Shown: piece by piece, positions 36,365-49,779 of the stretch
Layout: the number at the start of each line of letters is the position of its first letter
Position numbering within the stretch: the stretch's first letter is position 1
Source of the DNA: Squalus acanthias
Taxonomy: Eukaryota
DNA: 64,000 nt
Reading direction: 5' to 3'
Assembly: GCA_030390025.1 (NCBI GenBank)
Contig: CM059432.1
Coordinates: forward strand, 145,764,001-145,828,000
Notes under the pieces: model-generated
Told to the model about the DNA's origin: nothing
Databases searched by the model: none
The model's input: only the letters and a program-made list of their open reading frames with translations
Program-made: the position numbers and the translations under genes

Positions 36365-38710
36365 ACATAAGAATTAGAAGCAGCATTAGGCCATACGGCC
36401 TCTTGAGCCTGCTCCGTCATTCAGTAAGATCATGGCTGATCTTTGACCGCAGCTCCACTTTCCCGCCCGATCTCCATATCCCTTGATTCCCAGGAGTCCA
36501 AAAATCTATCTAGCTCAGCCTTGAATATACTCAACGATTCCGCACCTACAGCCCTTTGGGGTAGAGAATTCCAAAGATTCACAAACCTCTGAGTGAAGAA
36601 ATTCCTCCTCATTTCAGTCTTAAATGGCCGACCCCTTATCCTGAGACACTGCCCCCTAGTTCTAGACTCTCCAGCCAGGGTAAACAACCTCTCAACATCT
36701 ACCCTGTCAATCCCCTTCAGAATCTTATGTTTCAATGAGATCATCTCTCATTCTGCTAAACTCCAGATAGTATAGGCCCATTCTACTCAATCTCTTCTCC
36801 TAGGACAACCCTCTCATCCCATAAAGCTAGAGCTCCCTGGATGACTAAAGATATATAGAGATTAAAATGAAATAGAAAAAGGAGGCTTATGATAAATGTC
36901 AGGTTCATAATTCAGTAGAGAACCAAGCTGAATATAGAAAGTACAGAGGAGAACTGAAAAAGGAAATGGGAGAGGCAAAGGGAGTGCATGAGAATAGATT
37001 AGTAGGTAACATAAAAGGGAACTCAAAAGTCATAAATAGTAAAAGGGTAGTCAAAGGAAGGTACGGTAATTTTAGGGACCAAAAAGGAGATCTTTTTGTA
37101 GAGGCAGAGGGCATGGCTGAGGTATTAAATGAGTACCTTGCATCTGTCTTCACTAAAGAAGAGGATGCTGACAATTTCACAGTAAAGGAGGAGGTAGTAG
37201 AGAAATTGGATAGGATAAAATTCGATAACGAAGAGGTACTTAAAAGGTTGGCACCCCTCAAAGTAGAAAAGTCACCCGGTCCGGATGGGATGCATCCTAG
37301 GTTGCTGAGGGAAGGAAGGCTGGAAGTTGCAGAGGCTCTGACCACAATCTTCCAATCTTCCTTGCATATGGGAGTGGTGCCAGAGGACTGGAGGATTGCC
37401 AATGTTCAAAAAAGGAGAGAGGGATAAACCTCGGAACTACAGGCCAGTCAACCTATTGTTGGTAGGGAAACTTTCAGAGACAATAATCCGGGACAAAATT
37501 AATTGACACTTGGAAAAATATGGGTTAATAAATGAAAGTCAGCATGGATTTGTTAAAGGCAAATCATGTTTTACTAACTTGATCGAGTTCTTTGATGAAG
37601 TAACGGAGAGGGTTGATGAAGGTTGATGTGTATATGGACTTTCAGAAGGCGTTTGACAAAGTACCACATAATGGCCTTGTTAGCAAGATTGAAGCCCATG
37701 GGATTAAAGGGGCAGTGGCAGCGTGGATACAAAATTGACTAAGGGACAGAAAGCAGAGAGTAATGGTGGGTGGTTATTTTTCAGACAGGAGGGAAGTGTG
37801 CAGTGGTGTCACCCAGAGGTTGGTATTGGGACTGCTGTTCTTTTTGATGTATATTAATGACCTGGACTTGGGTATACAGGGCATAATTTCAAAGTTTGCA
37901 GATGACATGAAACTCAAAAATGTTGTAAACAGTGAGGAGGATAACAGACTTCAGGAGGACATTGACAGACTGGTAAATTGGGCAGACACATGGCAGATGA
38001 AAGTTAATGCAGAGAAGTGTGAAATGTTTATTTTGGTAGAAAGAATGAGGAGAGGCAATATAAACTAAATGGTACAATTTTAAAGGGGGTGCAGGAACAG
38101 AGAGACCTGGGAGTGTATGTACACAAATCTTTGAAGGTGGCAGGACAAGTTGAGAAGTCTTATAAATAGAGGGATAGAGAAGAAAAGCAAGGAAGTTGTA
38201 CTAAACCTTTATAAAACACTGGGCCCCAGCTGGAGTATTGTGGTCAATTCTGGGTGCTACACTTTAGGAAGGATGTCAAGGCCTTGGCGAGGGTGCAGAG
38301 CAGATTTACTCGAATTGTACCAGGGATGAAAGACTTCAGGTTACGTGGATAGACTAGAGAAGCTGGCGTTATTCTCCTTGGAGCAGAGAAGGTTGAGGAG
38401 AGATTTAATGGAGGTGTTCAAAATCATGAAGGGTTTTGATAGAATAAATAAGGAGTACCTTAAATCTGACAAATGAACCAGAGGTGAGATGAGAGTGTTT
38501 TTTGCACGGCGAGTTATGATGATCTGGAATGTGTTGCCTGAAGCAGATTCAGTAGTAACTTTCAAAAGGGAATTGAATAAATACTTGAAGGGGAAAAGTT
38601 TGTAGGACTGTGGGAAAAGAGCAGGGGGGTGGGATGAATTCGATAGCTCTTTCAAAGAGCCAGCATGATGGGCTGAATGGTGGCCTCCTGTGCTGTATCA
38701 TTCTGTGATT
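36365..38710. mobile_element. Two head-to-head CR1 copies (minus 3' end 36365-36820; plus 36825-38710)
   Basis: ORFs 36430-36744(-), 36966-37427(+) and 37763-38068(+); each copy has its own 3' tail. Confidence 0.9.
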
Positions 38711-39281
38711 AATACTGCAAAAAAGAGGGTCACTTCAGTATCTAAATCTTTTAAAACTGAAGGATGAATGTTGAAGCTGTGGTTCCCAGTCTTGTATGGG
38801 CGTATCCTGAAAAACCCAGCTTGCTGCTGTTCCGAGCTTCAGAGGGCTGACGCTTCACTAGGTGGGCAACCTGATGTTGATGTTAAACTACAGGAAAAAT
38901 ATATAGTACCTACTTGCTACCGGTGATTTTCTGTTGCTTAGCACGAGGAGTATTTATTCAAAGTGGATCAGTTTATGTTTCCATTATACATGTCAGCTGT
39001 TTCTACTTTAATTAACACTCTTTGGAAACCCCCATTTCAATTTTCTGCTGGAAAATTCAATTAACCTTTAAAAGCATTGTCAGAGTTCGGCCACAATCTG
39101 GTGTCGCAAACAAACTTGTCTAATCCTACCTGTGTTTTTTTTCTTATTTTGTGAATTTGACTCTTGCAACTATTACTTCTCTATCTATTTGTCCACCCCA
39201 GTCCAACGCCGGCATCTCCGCATCATTCTCTATACCCATTAGTAGTGACAGGTAGTGTCATACTGGGTTTTAAAAAAAATA

Positions 39282-39985
39282 CTGGTCAGGATTTTCTGGG
39301 GCCTATGACCGTAAGTGCCTCGCAAGTTTGCGCATGTGGGAAAACCTGGAACTTGCGATCCGTCAAGAATCCTCCGCATCCCTGGGAAATGGACATTCGC
39401 TGGCGGAGAGTTGGGCTATTTGCCCAACTCTTGCTCAGTGAATGCCCATGAAACTCTTACGCCTGGTAAAAGCAGGCGTAGGACCACCTTTTACCAGCGT
39501 AAGGGTGAAAATAAATATTAAAATAAAATAAAAAAAAATCATTTTAACATTCAAAAACCTGTAAAATAAGTTCATTTTTGGCCCCTTGAAAAATGTTTAA
39601 ATTTTTTTAAATTGAATTTGTTTTAAATGTTTAATTAAATTGTATTTTAATTAATTTTAAACATGTAATTTTTTTTATTTCAGTGCTGTTAAAATGTCTT
39701 TTTTAGGATGATTCCTATTATGCTTATGGGGATTCCGTGCGTAAATGGGATCCCCATAAACATAATGGGAATCCCCTTTCCGATTGGTTGGGCCGGCCCA
39801 CGTGATCCCAGGGACACTTGCGAACCGCATGCGCCCCTGGGATACGTGGGCCTCTACGCATGCATACGTGTAGAGGCCCAGGAGCGCGAGCCTCTGGAGC
39901 CAGGACCATCAGGTAGGTGCGTAGTTTTATCGCGGTACGGAGGCATCCGCCCTGCGGGAAGCCTCCGACCACAAATTCAGGCCCA
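39282..39985 (+). mobile_element. Non-autonomous DNA transposon (Harbinger-like ends)
   Basis: Imperfect TIRs tggtcaggattt / aaattcaggccc, AT-rich core, homologous partial copy at 8200-8670. Confidence 0.62.
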
Positions 39986-40713
39986 CTGAAATCATTTCTG
40001 TGATTAGTTGACTGTGAAACTAATTCATTTCTGTTGTCCATCAGTTGCATAGAAATTGCAACAGGGAAACGGCTTCTTCAGCCCAACCAGTCCATGTTTA
40101 ACCTCCAAATGAGCAGTAGTCCTAATCCCATGTGTGTGCCCTGTACCACAGTAGTGTTGTGGAATCTTTAATGCTTACCTGAGCCACCACAGCAAGTAGA
40201 TGGAACCTCTGTTTAACATCCTATGTGAAGGACAGTACCTCTGACAATGCAGCACTCTCTCGGCACAAGTCCTGGAGTGGGGCTTGAAAGTACTAACTTC
40301 CAGCTCAGGGTCAAGAGTGCTACCAACGGAACCAAGCTACCATTTTTTATGCAATAGAGTGACCTGTCTGCTTAAATTCTCCTTTTCTCCCCCTTCCCAC
40401 CCCAACACTTGTGTTTAAATGCAAAGCTGAAATTAGACACTGTAAGGAATTGCTGGGGTGAATCACTCTGACCCAGTACAGTGCACTGGTGCCATTAATG
40501 GAGAGCAGCCACTTTACTAATTATAAGATCATGCTAGAAAAATACTAGTGAAATCTGTCTTGAAGTCCCAATAGAAATTATATCCTGTGTCTCGACATTA
40601 ATTTATACTTGCTTCTTTACTGGTTCACCTCAGTTTGTACACTCATATTCTACAAAGTTTATGCTGGAGTTACAATCTGTGCTGATTTAAATGATCTCCC
40701 CCTCTTTCTGCAG

Positions 40714-42252
40714 GTGGAAAATGTATCTCAGCGTTGTCGAGAATATTTAATAAAGAAAATTAATGCTGAGAACTGCGTTCGATTACTGAGCTTTGCAGAC
40801 TTGTACAGCTGTGAAGAGCTGAAAGTAAGAGCAAAGCGGATGGTGGAGCACAAATTCACTGCTGTTTACCATCAAGATGCTTTTTTGCAGCTGTCACATG
40901 ATCTACTGATAGATATCCTTAGCAGTGACAATTTAAATGTGGAGAAGGAAGAGACAGTCCGTGAAGCTGCTATGGTGTGGCTTGAATATGATACCGAATC
41001 ACGATCCCAGTATCTATCTTCAGTCCTTGGCCAAATAAGAATTGATGCACTTTCTGAGGTAACACAGAGGGCCTGGTTCCAAGGCTTACCACCTAATGAT
41101 AAGTCTGTGGTGGTGCAAGGACTGTACAAATCTATGCCAAAATTTTTCAAACCAAGACTTGGTATGACTAAAGAAGAGATGCTAATATTCACTGAAGCCA
41201 CCGGTGAAAGTCCTCGTTCTTCCTTTTGTGCTGTTTGCTACAGCCCTCAGGCCGAGAAAGTGTACAAACTGTGTAATCCACCAGGAGATTTGCAGAGAGT
41301 AGGGACACTTGTTACTCCTGACAATGACATTTACATCGCAGGTGGGCAGGTACCTTTGAAAACTTCTATCACCAATAATAGCAAGCCGAGTAAACTTCAG
41401 GCTGCATATAGACCTGTGAATTGTTTCTACCTGTTTGATGCTCAGCAGAACACATGGGTTCCAAAGACTCCAATGTTGTGTGCTCGCAACCGACCTTCAT
41501 TGGTTTGCTGTGAAGGATATATCTATGCAATCGGAGGGGACAATGTTGGTGGGGAAATGAACAAACGGACCGTGGAAAGGTATGATTGTGAAACAGATGT
41601 GTGGACTTTGGTGAATCCCTTGCCTTGTGCTTGGCAGTGGAATGCAGCGGTAGCAGTGGAAGACTACATTTACGTCATGGCACACAATCTAACATTTTGC
41701 TACTGCCCACGTACTGACTCATGGGTTGAAATGGCTGCACGTCAAACAAGCAGGTGTTTTGCCTCAGCTGCGGCCTTTGGAGACAAAATCTTCTACATTG
41801 GTGGTTTGCATATTGGAAATAACTCAGGCATCCGAATACCTTCAAGCACTGTTGATGGTTCCTCCGTAACTGTCGAAGTATATGACGTGATCAAAAATGA
41901 GTGGAAGATAGCAACTAATATCCCTGCAAAGCGCTACTCTGACCCCTGTGTAAGAGCAGTAGTGGTCTTGAACTGCCTGTGCGTGTTCATGAGAGACACT
42001 CACATGAATGAAAAACCCAAGTATGCAATCTATCAGTACAACGTGGAGCTGGACCAATGGATCCTGCGTCAGTCTATTTCAGAACGAGTCCTCTGGGACC
42101 TTGGCAAAGATTTTCGGTGCACTATGGGAAAACTTTACCCCTCGTGTCTGGAAGAATCTCTGTGGAAGCCTCCACCATCTCTGTTCTCACAAGATGGAGC
42201 AGATGAGTTTGAGTTGGATGGGGAGATGGTTACTTTGCCGTTGAATAGTTAG
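40714..42252 (+). CDS. KBTBD2: KBTBD2 terminal coding exon (BACK domain and kelch repeats); full protein 624 aa
   Basis: Acceptor ctctttctgcag|GTG, translation [25 protein letters not shown]...IYIAGG...IYAIGG...IFYIGG...[16 protein letters not shown], stop TAG ends at 42252. The ORF-track start at 40609 lies in the intron. Confidence 0.97.
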   Translation: MENVSQRCREYLIKKINAENCVRLLSFADLYSCEELKVRAKRMVEHKFTAVYHQDAFLQLSHDLLIDILSSDNLNVEKEETVREAAMVWLEYDTESRSQYLSSVLGQIRIDALSEVTQRAWFQGLPPNDKSVVVQGLYKSMPKFFKPRLGMTKEEMLIFTEATGESPRSSFCAVCYSPQAEKVYKLCNPPGDLQRVGTLVTPDNDIYIAGGQVPLKTSITNNSKPSKLQAAYRPVNCFYLFDAQQNTWVPKTPMLCARNRPSLVCCEGYIYAIGGDNVGGEMNKRTVERYDCETDVWTLVNPLPCAWQWNAAVAVEDYIYVMAHNLTFCYCPRTDSWVEMAARQTSRCFASAAAFGDKIFYIGGLHIGNNSGIRIPSSTVDGSSVTVEVYDVIKNEWKIATNIPAKRYSDPCVRAVVVLNCLCVFMRDTHMNEKPKYAIYQYNVELDQWILRQSISERVLWDLGKDFRCTMGKLYPSCLEESLWKPPPSLFSQDGADEFELDGEMVTLPLNS

Positions 42253-45200
42253 CCAGATATGGGCACAAATGCTATGGATTCCTAAGACGTACATAGCACA
42301 GCAATGTGTATGTCACAAGCTTCCAGATCATGACAGGGTTTATTTTAACAGACTAAGCAGTAACTGTGTTCAGCACAGCATGTCACTAAGTTTGCATAGT
42401 ATTGTGTAAATAACTGAGAATCCAGTTGTGTTGTATCTTCTACTACTCCTAGATACCATGTGTTCTGCTAAAGAGATTATCGTATTATTCTTACAATGTG
42501 ACTAATTTACAAAAGAAACATTGTTTTATTTACACAAGTATCCCTGGATTTGACCATGAAGATATGAAATCTTGTAGATCTTCCCAGTAAAAATAGGCTG
42601 AGCAAGGTGGCTGACTGCAGGTTCAGTCAAAGGTTGTGTTTGTTAGATGCACGTACTCCAGTATCCATAAAATATTCCCCATTTATTCCAGGTTGCAGGT
42701 CTACCAGGCAGCTGGTAGTTTACCAGGTGTATGTTAGTAGGGGCTGTGTAATGACTGCCAGCCTTTTGTTGTGCGGGTCGATGTGGAGCTTCAATCACTT
42801 AATGTGTCTCCACATTGCAAGTAACATAGGCTCATCCATATTACAACTTCCTGCTGCTGAATTCTCATTTGTAAGACAAGTTTTAGTGAGTAACAACCAG
42901 GTCTTTATTTTGTATTTCATTAATTTAATAAGGCAACCGTTACTGTAGTGTGATTGTGTATAGGTATCCTAGCTGTTAGGTTTTTAATACAGTTGGTTTG
43001 AGTGAAATGTTTCAAGAATGAACTGTATCCTGCGTGCAGGAGAGCAGAACGGACCCTGCACTGCTCTGGCATAACTCCCAGGAACCACTAGCAGTCGCTG
43101 GGCTCTCCATTCTAACATGAGCACAGGTGCTTCATGAAATCCGTATTCGCATGTTCAGCTGCATTGTGTTCCTTTGGCACTGTATTTTGAATTAACTTAA
43201 TTTATTAAATACCTTCACATAAGTAAATGTTTGTTTTCCTTTTTAGTGATGCATAACTTGGAGAATATCTATACAGTACTAACATCTCCAAGTTGAGTCA
43301 GACATTTTGGAAAAGTCCCCTATCTGGATGGATAAAATGCAAATCGGTATAACAAGTGGACTTGGTGTCAACTTGCGTCATAGAATTTATTGTTTACGCT
43401 CTGTGTTGATATTCACCATGGGCTGCAGCACACTTAGCTGGTAGTGGCTTTTTGAGGTATAGAATCTCCAGGGGTAACCCCCCAAGCTTTAATTGAAATC
43501 AGTTGGGCAGCCCTAGGATGCACATAGGCCACATCTCTAATCTGTCACCAGTGCAGCTGTAGAGTAAATTAGAGACTCAAAAGTAGCACATTTCTGTAAG
43601 CCTGCAATTGAACTGCAAAATCAATGGCATTTCCTGGAACATATGTCTTTTGAGGAAGATGGCAAGAGTTCATTGAACAAACCAACTTTGCTCTCCCAGT
43701 CTTCAAGCTTTTCTTGTAAGTACATTTTTCACAAACTTATTGCTGTTTGTTTTAAAAGAGAACATTTTCACTTCTGCATTGTAAACTCAACTTTACATTT
43801 CAAAATCTACTGAAGGTTATTTACAACATGAAGCTACCTATCTTGTCTTTTTCTGTAAATGTTAAATGGAATGCAGCATAAATGTAGGTAATTTGGGAAT
43901 GCCATATTGATGCAGTAGTGTTCACTATCCAAAAAAAAGGCTTTTTGTATAACTGTCTACAGTAGTCTGTCTTTTTTATCTCACTCAGTGCTGCAACAGC
44001 GAGAAGGAAACTTATGAATCTTGTGTACGATCAGTCCCTGCCAACCATGTGACTGATATGCCATGCCTGTAGGTTCAAAGCACGAGCTTGGGTAGTACTG
44101 AGTGGGTGGGTAAAACAGGGTGGCTGCTAGAGTTGGGGGAACTTGTCCACAGGCTGGAGCCTGCAGCTATATTGTGATCAGGCTTACTGTTAGAAAGGTT
44201 GATACAGGAACTACAGACTATTTGCAAGATTTATAATGTATCTTTTGGATGAGGTGTAACTGAGGCCGTGTCACGGTCAACATTCATCTCTCAACCACTA
44301 GAACAAATTCTGTTTTTTTTGTGGGATCTTACAGCACTTCAAAAAGTAATTAAAGTGGCTGTGAAGTGCAAGGACATAAAAGCCTTCTAAATGATATACA
44401 ATATTTCTCTGTCATAAGCTCTAATCATAGCTTGAGAGATCCATCAGCCAAAGCAATAAGATCCTGAAATCACACCTGCAGTTGGAGAATCAGTTTTATA
44501 GAAGTATTAGTCAAATCTAAACATGTAACTCATACAGGTGTGCAAAAATCCCAGAAACAGCAAAAACATTGTGACATAATTACAAGTAAAACTAAGACTG
44601 ATTCTTTTCAGTACATAACTTGTTTATACCAATGTTCACAATATTTGAGTAAATGGAAATGTAATAATTTTCTATTGAAATACACATCAAAACTATTGTA
44701 TAACATACATCTCAGCAGTTTCACAATTTAAATATTTTGAATAAAATATAACTTGTAAGTGTCCATGTGGGATAAAACCATACTTTTCACATTCTATCAG
44801 TTACAACTTGATTGCATTCAAAAAAAATTGTTTGGATGACAGATCAATGTATGTTCTTGTACTAAATGGACTTAGAAAATGAGATGAGCAGGAAAAGGAC
44901 TCTCGATTAAGTGATGGTTTGGCGATTATAACTAGTCTCGACTGGGTCTGAAGACATTCTACCCCAGTATGAGATTTAAATTGTATACTTTAAACACTAA
45001 AAGACAGACTAGTGTTTTAGTCTCTTTCTCTCTCTTTCCCCCCCTTAAAAACAAAGACAGAACTTGGCCAAGGAATTTACGTGATGTAACTTTACTATTC
45101 GGTTATCTGTTTGGGGTTGGGGGGCAAACTTAGGCATTCACCTGTGGAACTTTATTTTACTAGTTCATCTAAGTAGCTTTTATTAAAGGGCCTTCCAGAT

Positions 45201-46176
45201 ACTTTCTGAATGACAAAAGTGCCATCCAAATTTGCATATGAGAATACTTTCAGACTCTCTTTTACAATTGCCAACCAACTTCATATTAGATACAAGAAAA
45301 TAACATGCTCAGAATGATTTACACCAAAGATATTTTGCAAAGCATGAAGCTCATTGCAATCCTTTGTACTGAATATAGTATTTTAAAATGTGAATTAATT
45401 TTTACAAGCCATTACACATTCATTTGATTTGCTAACGTTATTGACGAGTCAAAGAGCATCACAAGCACAAAGATGGAACAAAATTAGTGTTTAATTTTCA
45501 TGATTTGAATATATTGCAGTACTTTTTTAGTATGTGAAGGTAACAGGTTTTGAACCCAGAATAAGGTTTTCCCTTATTTAGTTTTTTAATGGAACCTGTT
45601 CATAATCAAATGCATGGAGCATGTTCCTTGCACAAACATTGCAATATAGTTGCTTAAAAATTAAGTCCAAGGTAATGTTCCTTTACTGCAGCAAGCGAGT
45701 TAAGCACAGAAATGGGTTCTAATTAAAGAGGGCTACTTATTTTAGTAATTATGGTCATTGGAACAAGTTATTACCATGGTTTAAAGCTGAAAAATGTAAA
45801 CCACCCCAATCAAAAATGATGAAATTCACAGGTGGATGCATTGTTAGTATGTACAATTTATACACAGCCCTCATGTTTTGACATAAAATGTGAGGGAAAA
45901 AAATGACTAATCAGGCTGCAGTGAAACAATTGAGAATTTTCCAAAACACACATTCTACATTAATCAGCAAGCATTCAATAGTGAAATCTCAGTTTGGGAC
46001 TATATCTATATATACATAATAAACACTGATCTGTCTCATCATCATTACCCGGTGCTGGAAATAGGCAGAGTTTGATGATTTATGAATAAAAGGAATGGCT
46101 ATTGATGAGTCCCAGCTCATTACACAGAATATTGGAATACCCAGTGCATGCAATAAACGTTACACCTCAGAGGTGG

Positions 46177-46292
46177 TCAGTGTTTCCCTGTTTGTCTCTC
46201 GGAGTAGGGGGCTGCAGGCTGTTGATTGAAGGTAGAAAACCAAGAGGTCATAGCAGACTTGGCGCTTGTGAGTGCCCCTCCTACAGACTGAC
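46177..46292 (-). CDS. AVL9: AVL9 terminal coding exon
   Basis: Minus strand: ttcttgatatatag|GT CAG..., (G)QSVGGALTSAKSAMTSWFSTFNQQPAAPYSERQTGKH*, TGA at 46179-46177. Confidence 0.93.
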
Positions 46293-46500
46293 CTATATAT
46301 CAAGAACCAACAAAAGGAAATAATTTGATCAGAAAATATAATTTTTTTTGCAGGTCTGGTCTTTATCCAGTTCAAGTACTTATGACACACTTGATTTGTG
46401 GCCTTTTAGGCCAATTAAAGAAATGTAATCAAATTATTTTTTATAATACACAGCAAATGTCAGCATCTTAAAAGAAAGACAAATTATGATATGTACCCTT

Positions 46501-46585
46501 AGTTCTGTTGAAAGGTGTACACCCAAAACATTGTAACCGATCTTGTCTCTTTACAGATGTTGACAGACCTGCTGTAGTTTTTCCT
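46501..46585 (+). mobile_element. Old Penelope terminal-repeat fragment with mutated hammerhead core
   Basis: agtt-ctgttga-a-aggtgtacaccc-aaaacatt..cagatgttgacagacctgctg resembles the reverse complement of 4128-4203. Confidence 0.55.
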
Positions 46586-47989
46586 TTTAGATCTACAAGG
46601 CCTGAACGAGAGCTGATCTTACTGCAGTTACATGTGGCAGCGGTACAGTTAACCCTCAAAATCCAGAGCTAGGAAAAGCTGAGCACTCAGTTTTGTGTGC
46701 TTTTCTTTTGTGCCTGCTGATAACATGCTCAACTGTTTATGGACAGTCATACCTGACAACTAGTCTATTTGCACAGCCACCAAAACTCAAACCTTATGGC
46801 AGTTATTCTGTGGTCATAGGAACAGGAGTAGGTCATTCAATGAGATCATGGCTGATCTGCAACCTAAGTCCATATAGCTGCCTTTGGCCCATATCCCTTA
46901 ATACCTTTAGTTAACAAAAATCTATCAATCTCAGATTTAAAATTAACAGATGAGAGTTCCAAACTTCTACCACCCTTTGTGTGTAGAAGTGTTCCTAATT
47001 TCACTCCTGAAAGGTCTGCCTCTAATTTAGAATATGCCCCCTGTATATTCTTTTAGCATGAGTGTAGCACCTTCTTGGGCACAGACCCAGTACCAAAACT
47101 GTAGTATAAAATGGTCACAGGCACAAGAGTCACCTTTGATGACGTAATCCTACAGCAGTAGAGATATTGTCTAATGTAAAAGCACTTACTGTGTGAAGCT
47201 CGTCGAAAAAATGTAAAAGATAAAGACAAACTAGTGGAATGTGCGTACCATCCTCTTTCAATGACTGCAAAAAAACTATTAAAAATTGCATTTGTTTGGG
47301 AGGCCAGTGATCAGCACTCTGCATATTCAAACCTATGAACAATGTGCTCCTTAACACATTAAAAAACAGCAATGTTTCTCCCACCACACCCTTTCTTATT
47401 TTCCCTTTTCTTAGATACATTTCAGGGAAGCTAGATCAGTACATGAAGGAGAAAGGAATAGAAGGTTTTGCTGATATAGGGTGGGAGGAGGCTGGTGTGG
47501 AACACAAACACAGACCCAGTTGGGTTGAATGGCCTGTTTCTGTGCTGTAAATTCTATGTAATATCCTTCTCTTTACAGCTTACCTGGCTGTAGGATTCAC
47601 TGGTGCCATTTAGCATTTTTCCAGCCACAGATCCCACATTTATAACATAAGTGAAAGTGCTCTAATAAAACTGGCTCTATAGATGGAGCTGGGACAAGAA
47701 TTGGATTTTATTTAAACTACTTGAATTGAGTTATTCAGACAATCCAGATCACCCAACAGGAGTGCTGAAGACTGCAAGGATAACATGACATTTTTGAAGG
47801 ACAAACAGCCCTCTACTTCAAACCCTGCAACTCTAGATATTAAATTAGTGTCATTACTAATATACCAGGACTCTATATCCTCAATTAATTTAAAATGCAG
47901 CATTACACATCAGTTGTATGCCAAGTAGCTACTTTAATACTATTCTAAACAGGAGATCTTAATTTCACATTGATGGGATTCTGATGTTT

Positions 47990-48710
47990 GTGTAGATGAT
48001 GATGGTTTCAAGACTGCCCAATGTTTAGCTGGGAGAATGTGAGACTCATCAAGACTGGATGTCAGACAAGCAGTCTAACAACACAGAGGCAGGGGAGAGA
48101 TGCGATGAAGAGGTAGAGCTGGGTGACCCCATGTCAACGAATTATGTTGCCAAGGGACAACATGTAGATGGGGGTTGGGGTCCAGCAAGAACTTCTCTTC
48201 AAACCTCTGCTCCGTTACCTCAGGCTTGAAGAGAATCTTGCTGGAGATTGTTCTGAAAGAAAGACTTGCATTATATAGTGCCTTTCATGATCTCAGGATG
48301 TCCCAAAACGCTTTACAGCCAATGAAGTACATTTGCAGGAAATTCTGGCTACGATCGAATGGAATCGAGAGGGCAATCTCACTGAGCTGTAAAACAAAGG
48401 AGAGGCATTGGAGTAGGATGCTGTGCTCAACCATGTCAATGGCTACAGTGAGATTGAGAAAGACGAGGAGGGTTAATGCATCATAGTCAGTCACAGAGGA
48501 TGTCAGTTGAGAGTTTGATTCAGGCCCATTTTGGTGCTGTGGCAGGGGCAGAAACCCGATTGGAGAGATTCAAACAGGAAGTTACAAGAAAGAGGAGCAT
48601 GGACTTTGGAGCTGACAATACAGTAAAGGATGTTGGAGGGGAAAGGGCGGTAGATTGTAAGGACAGGGGAGTTGAGGGTGGGTTTTTTTTTGAGAGGGAG
48701 GAGGACTGTA
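47990..48710 (-). mobile_element. L2 LINE fragments with an inserted Deu-SINE tail (~48255-48335)
   Basis: LLVFLNLTVAIDMVEHSILL and KKKPTLN..YRPF..FESLQSGFCPCHSTK. Confidence 0.75.
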
Positions 48711-48853
48711 CTTGAGAGGAAACCATGGCAGCTAGGCATGGGGGCTGGGAAGGGAAGTTGAGTGGTCAGCAGTTGTTACACCAATTACTGCATCCACTCA
48801 TTCTGAAAATAAGACTTATTTATCAAACTCTTCCAAGCAGTGCTATATCTTAC

Positions 48854-48942
48854 CGACTGCCTTTCCTGTCTGCACCACACTGCGGCTCGTGGAGATCATT
48901 GCATTGCCAAGCTTCTTCCCACGTTCACTATTCTGTACAGAA
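48854..48942 (-). CDS. AVL9: AVL9 penultimate coding exon (89 bp)
   Basis: Minus strand: ctttgctttag|T TCT..., (H)SVQNSERGKKLGNAMISTSRSVVQTGKAV(G)|gtaaga. Confidence 0.94.
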
Positions 48943-49779
48943 CTAAAGCAAAGAAACATTCAGTGAAAGATCTTCATTGTCAACATCCCGTTTTTATCTA
49001 TTAGAAAATGATCGCAACATTTGGTTTGATGGAAGGCTGTCATAGTTTGTATGGCTGTTGGCTAGGCAGCATCACTTTCAGAACTATTTTCAATAATAGC
49101 AACCATTAAAAGCAGAATTACATTGTGTGAAGCAATTTTAGATAGGATTAAATCTCGAGGATCCCAGAAAAACCATCCACTGCTGGTTAAATACCCATAA
49201 TACCAACATTCCAATTCTTCATTATTAAACTAAAAATGCCATAAAATGTTAATATTCATGCAACTAACTCACATAGAAAATGATCGTGTTGAACCTGCAA
49301 AGAGAAACCTCCCTTACAGATTTCCCTTTAAGAAATTTACACTATTGCACTGCTTATGGTCAAATCTTTCTCCTATCCCATTAAAAACAGGGCTTCGGTC
49401 TGAACTACATCCTCAGTTCTTTAATTAAAAAAGAGAAGCACTGAGAGTGTAAGAACAATTAAATACAAGATTGAAGTAAATCTAAACTTCTTGTGTTCTT
49501 TAGATTTGAGGTGAGGATCAGATCAGCCATGATCTTATTGAATGGCGGAGCAGGCTCGAAGGGCCGATTGGCCTACTCCTGCTCCTATTTCTTATGTAAA
49601 CAGCACCAGGTTTCTGGAAGTTGAACTCTGCACCCCACCCCAAAGAATAAGATAAAGTAGTAGGATTCCCTTTCTAATTTCTTGCATCTCCACATACAGA
49701 TGGGATTATATCAATGTTGTGCAAAAAAAGAGACCATGCAAGACCAGGCTGTCTTGCAGTGCTGTTGCGTAAACGTACT

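Noticed and set aside
36365..38710. Twin-priming inversion of a single CR1
   Set aside because: Each half has its own, different 3' tail, so they are two independent head-to-head insertions.
40609..40713. N-terminal 35 codons of the 547-aa ORF as a single-exon gene start
   Set aside because: Intronic read-through. The acceptor at 40713 and the upstream BTB exons give the proper KBTBD2 frame.
42190..42249. LIR/AIM motif in the acidic KBTBD2 C-terminal tail
   Set aside because: DEFELD does not fit the [WFY]xx[LIV] consensus.
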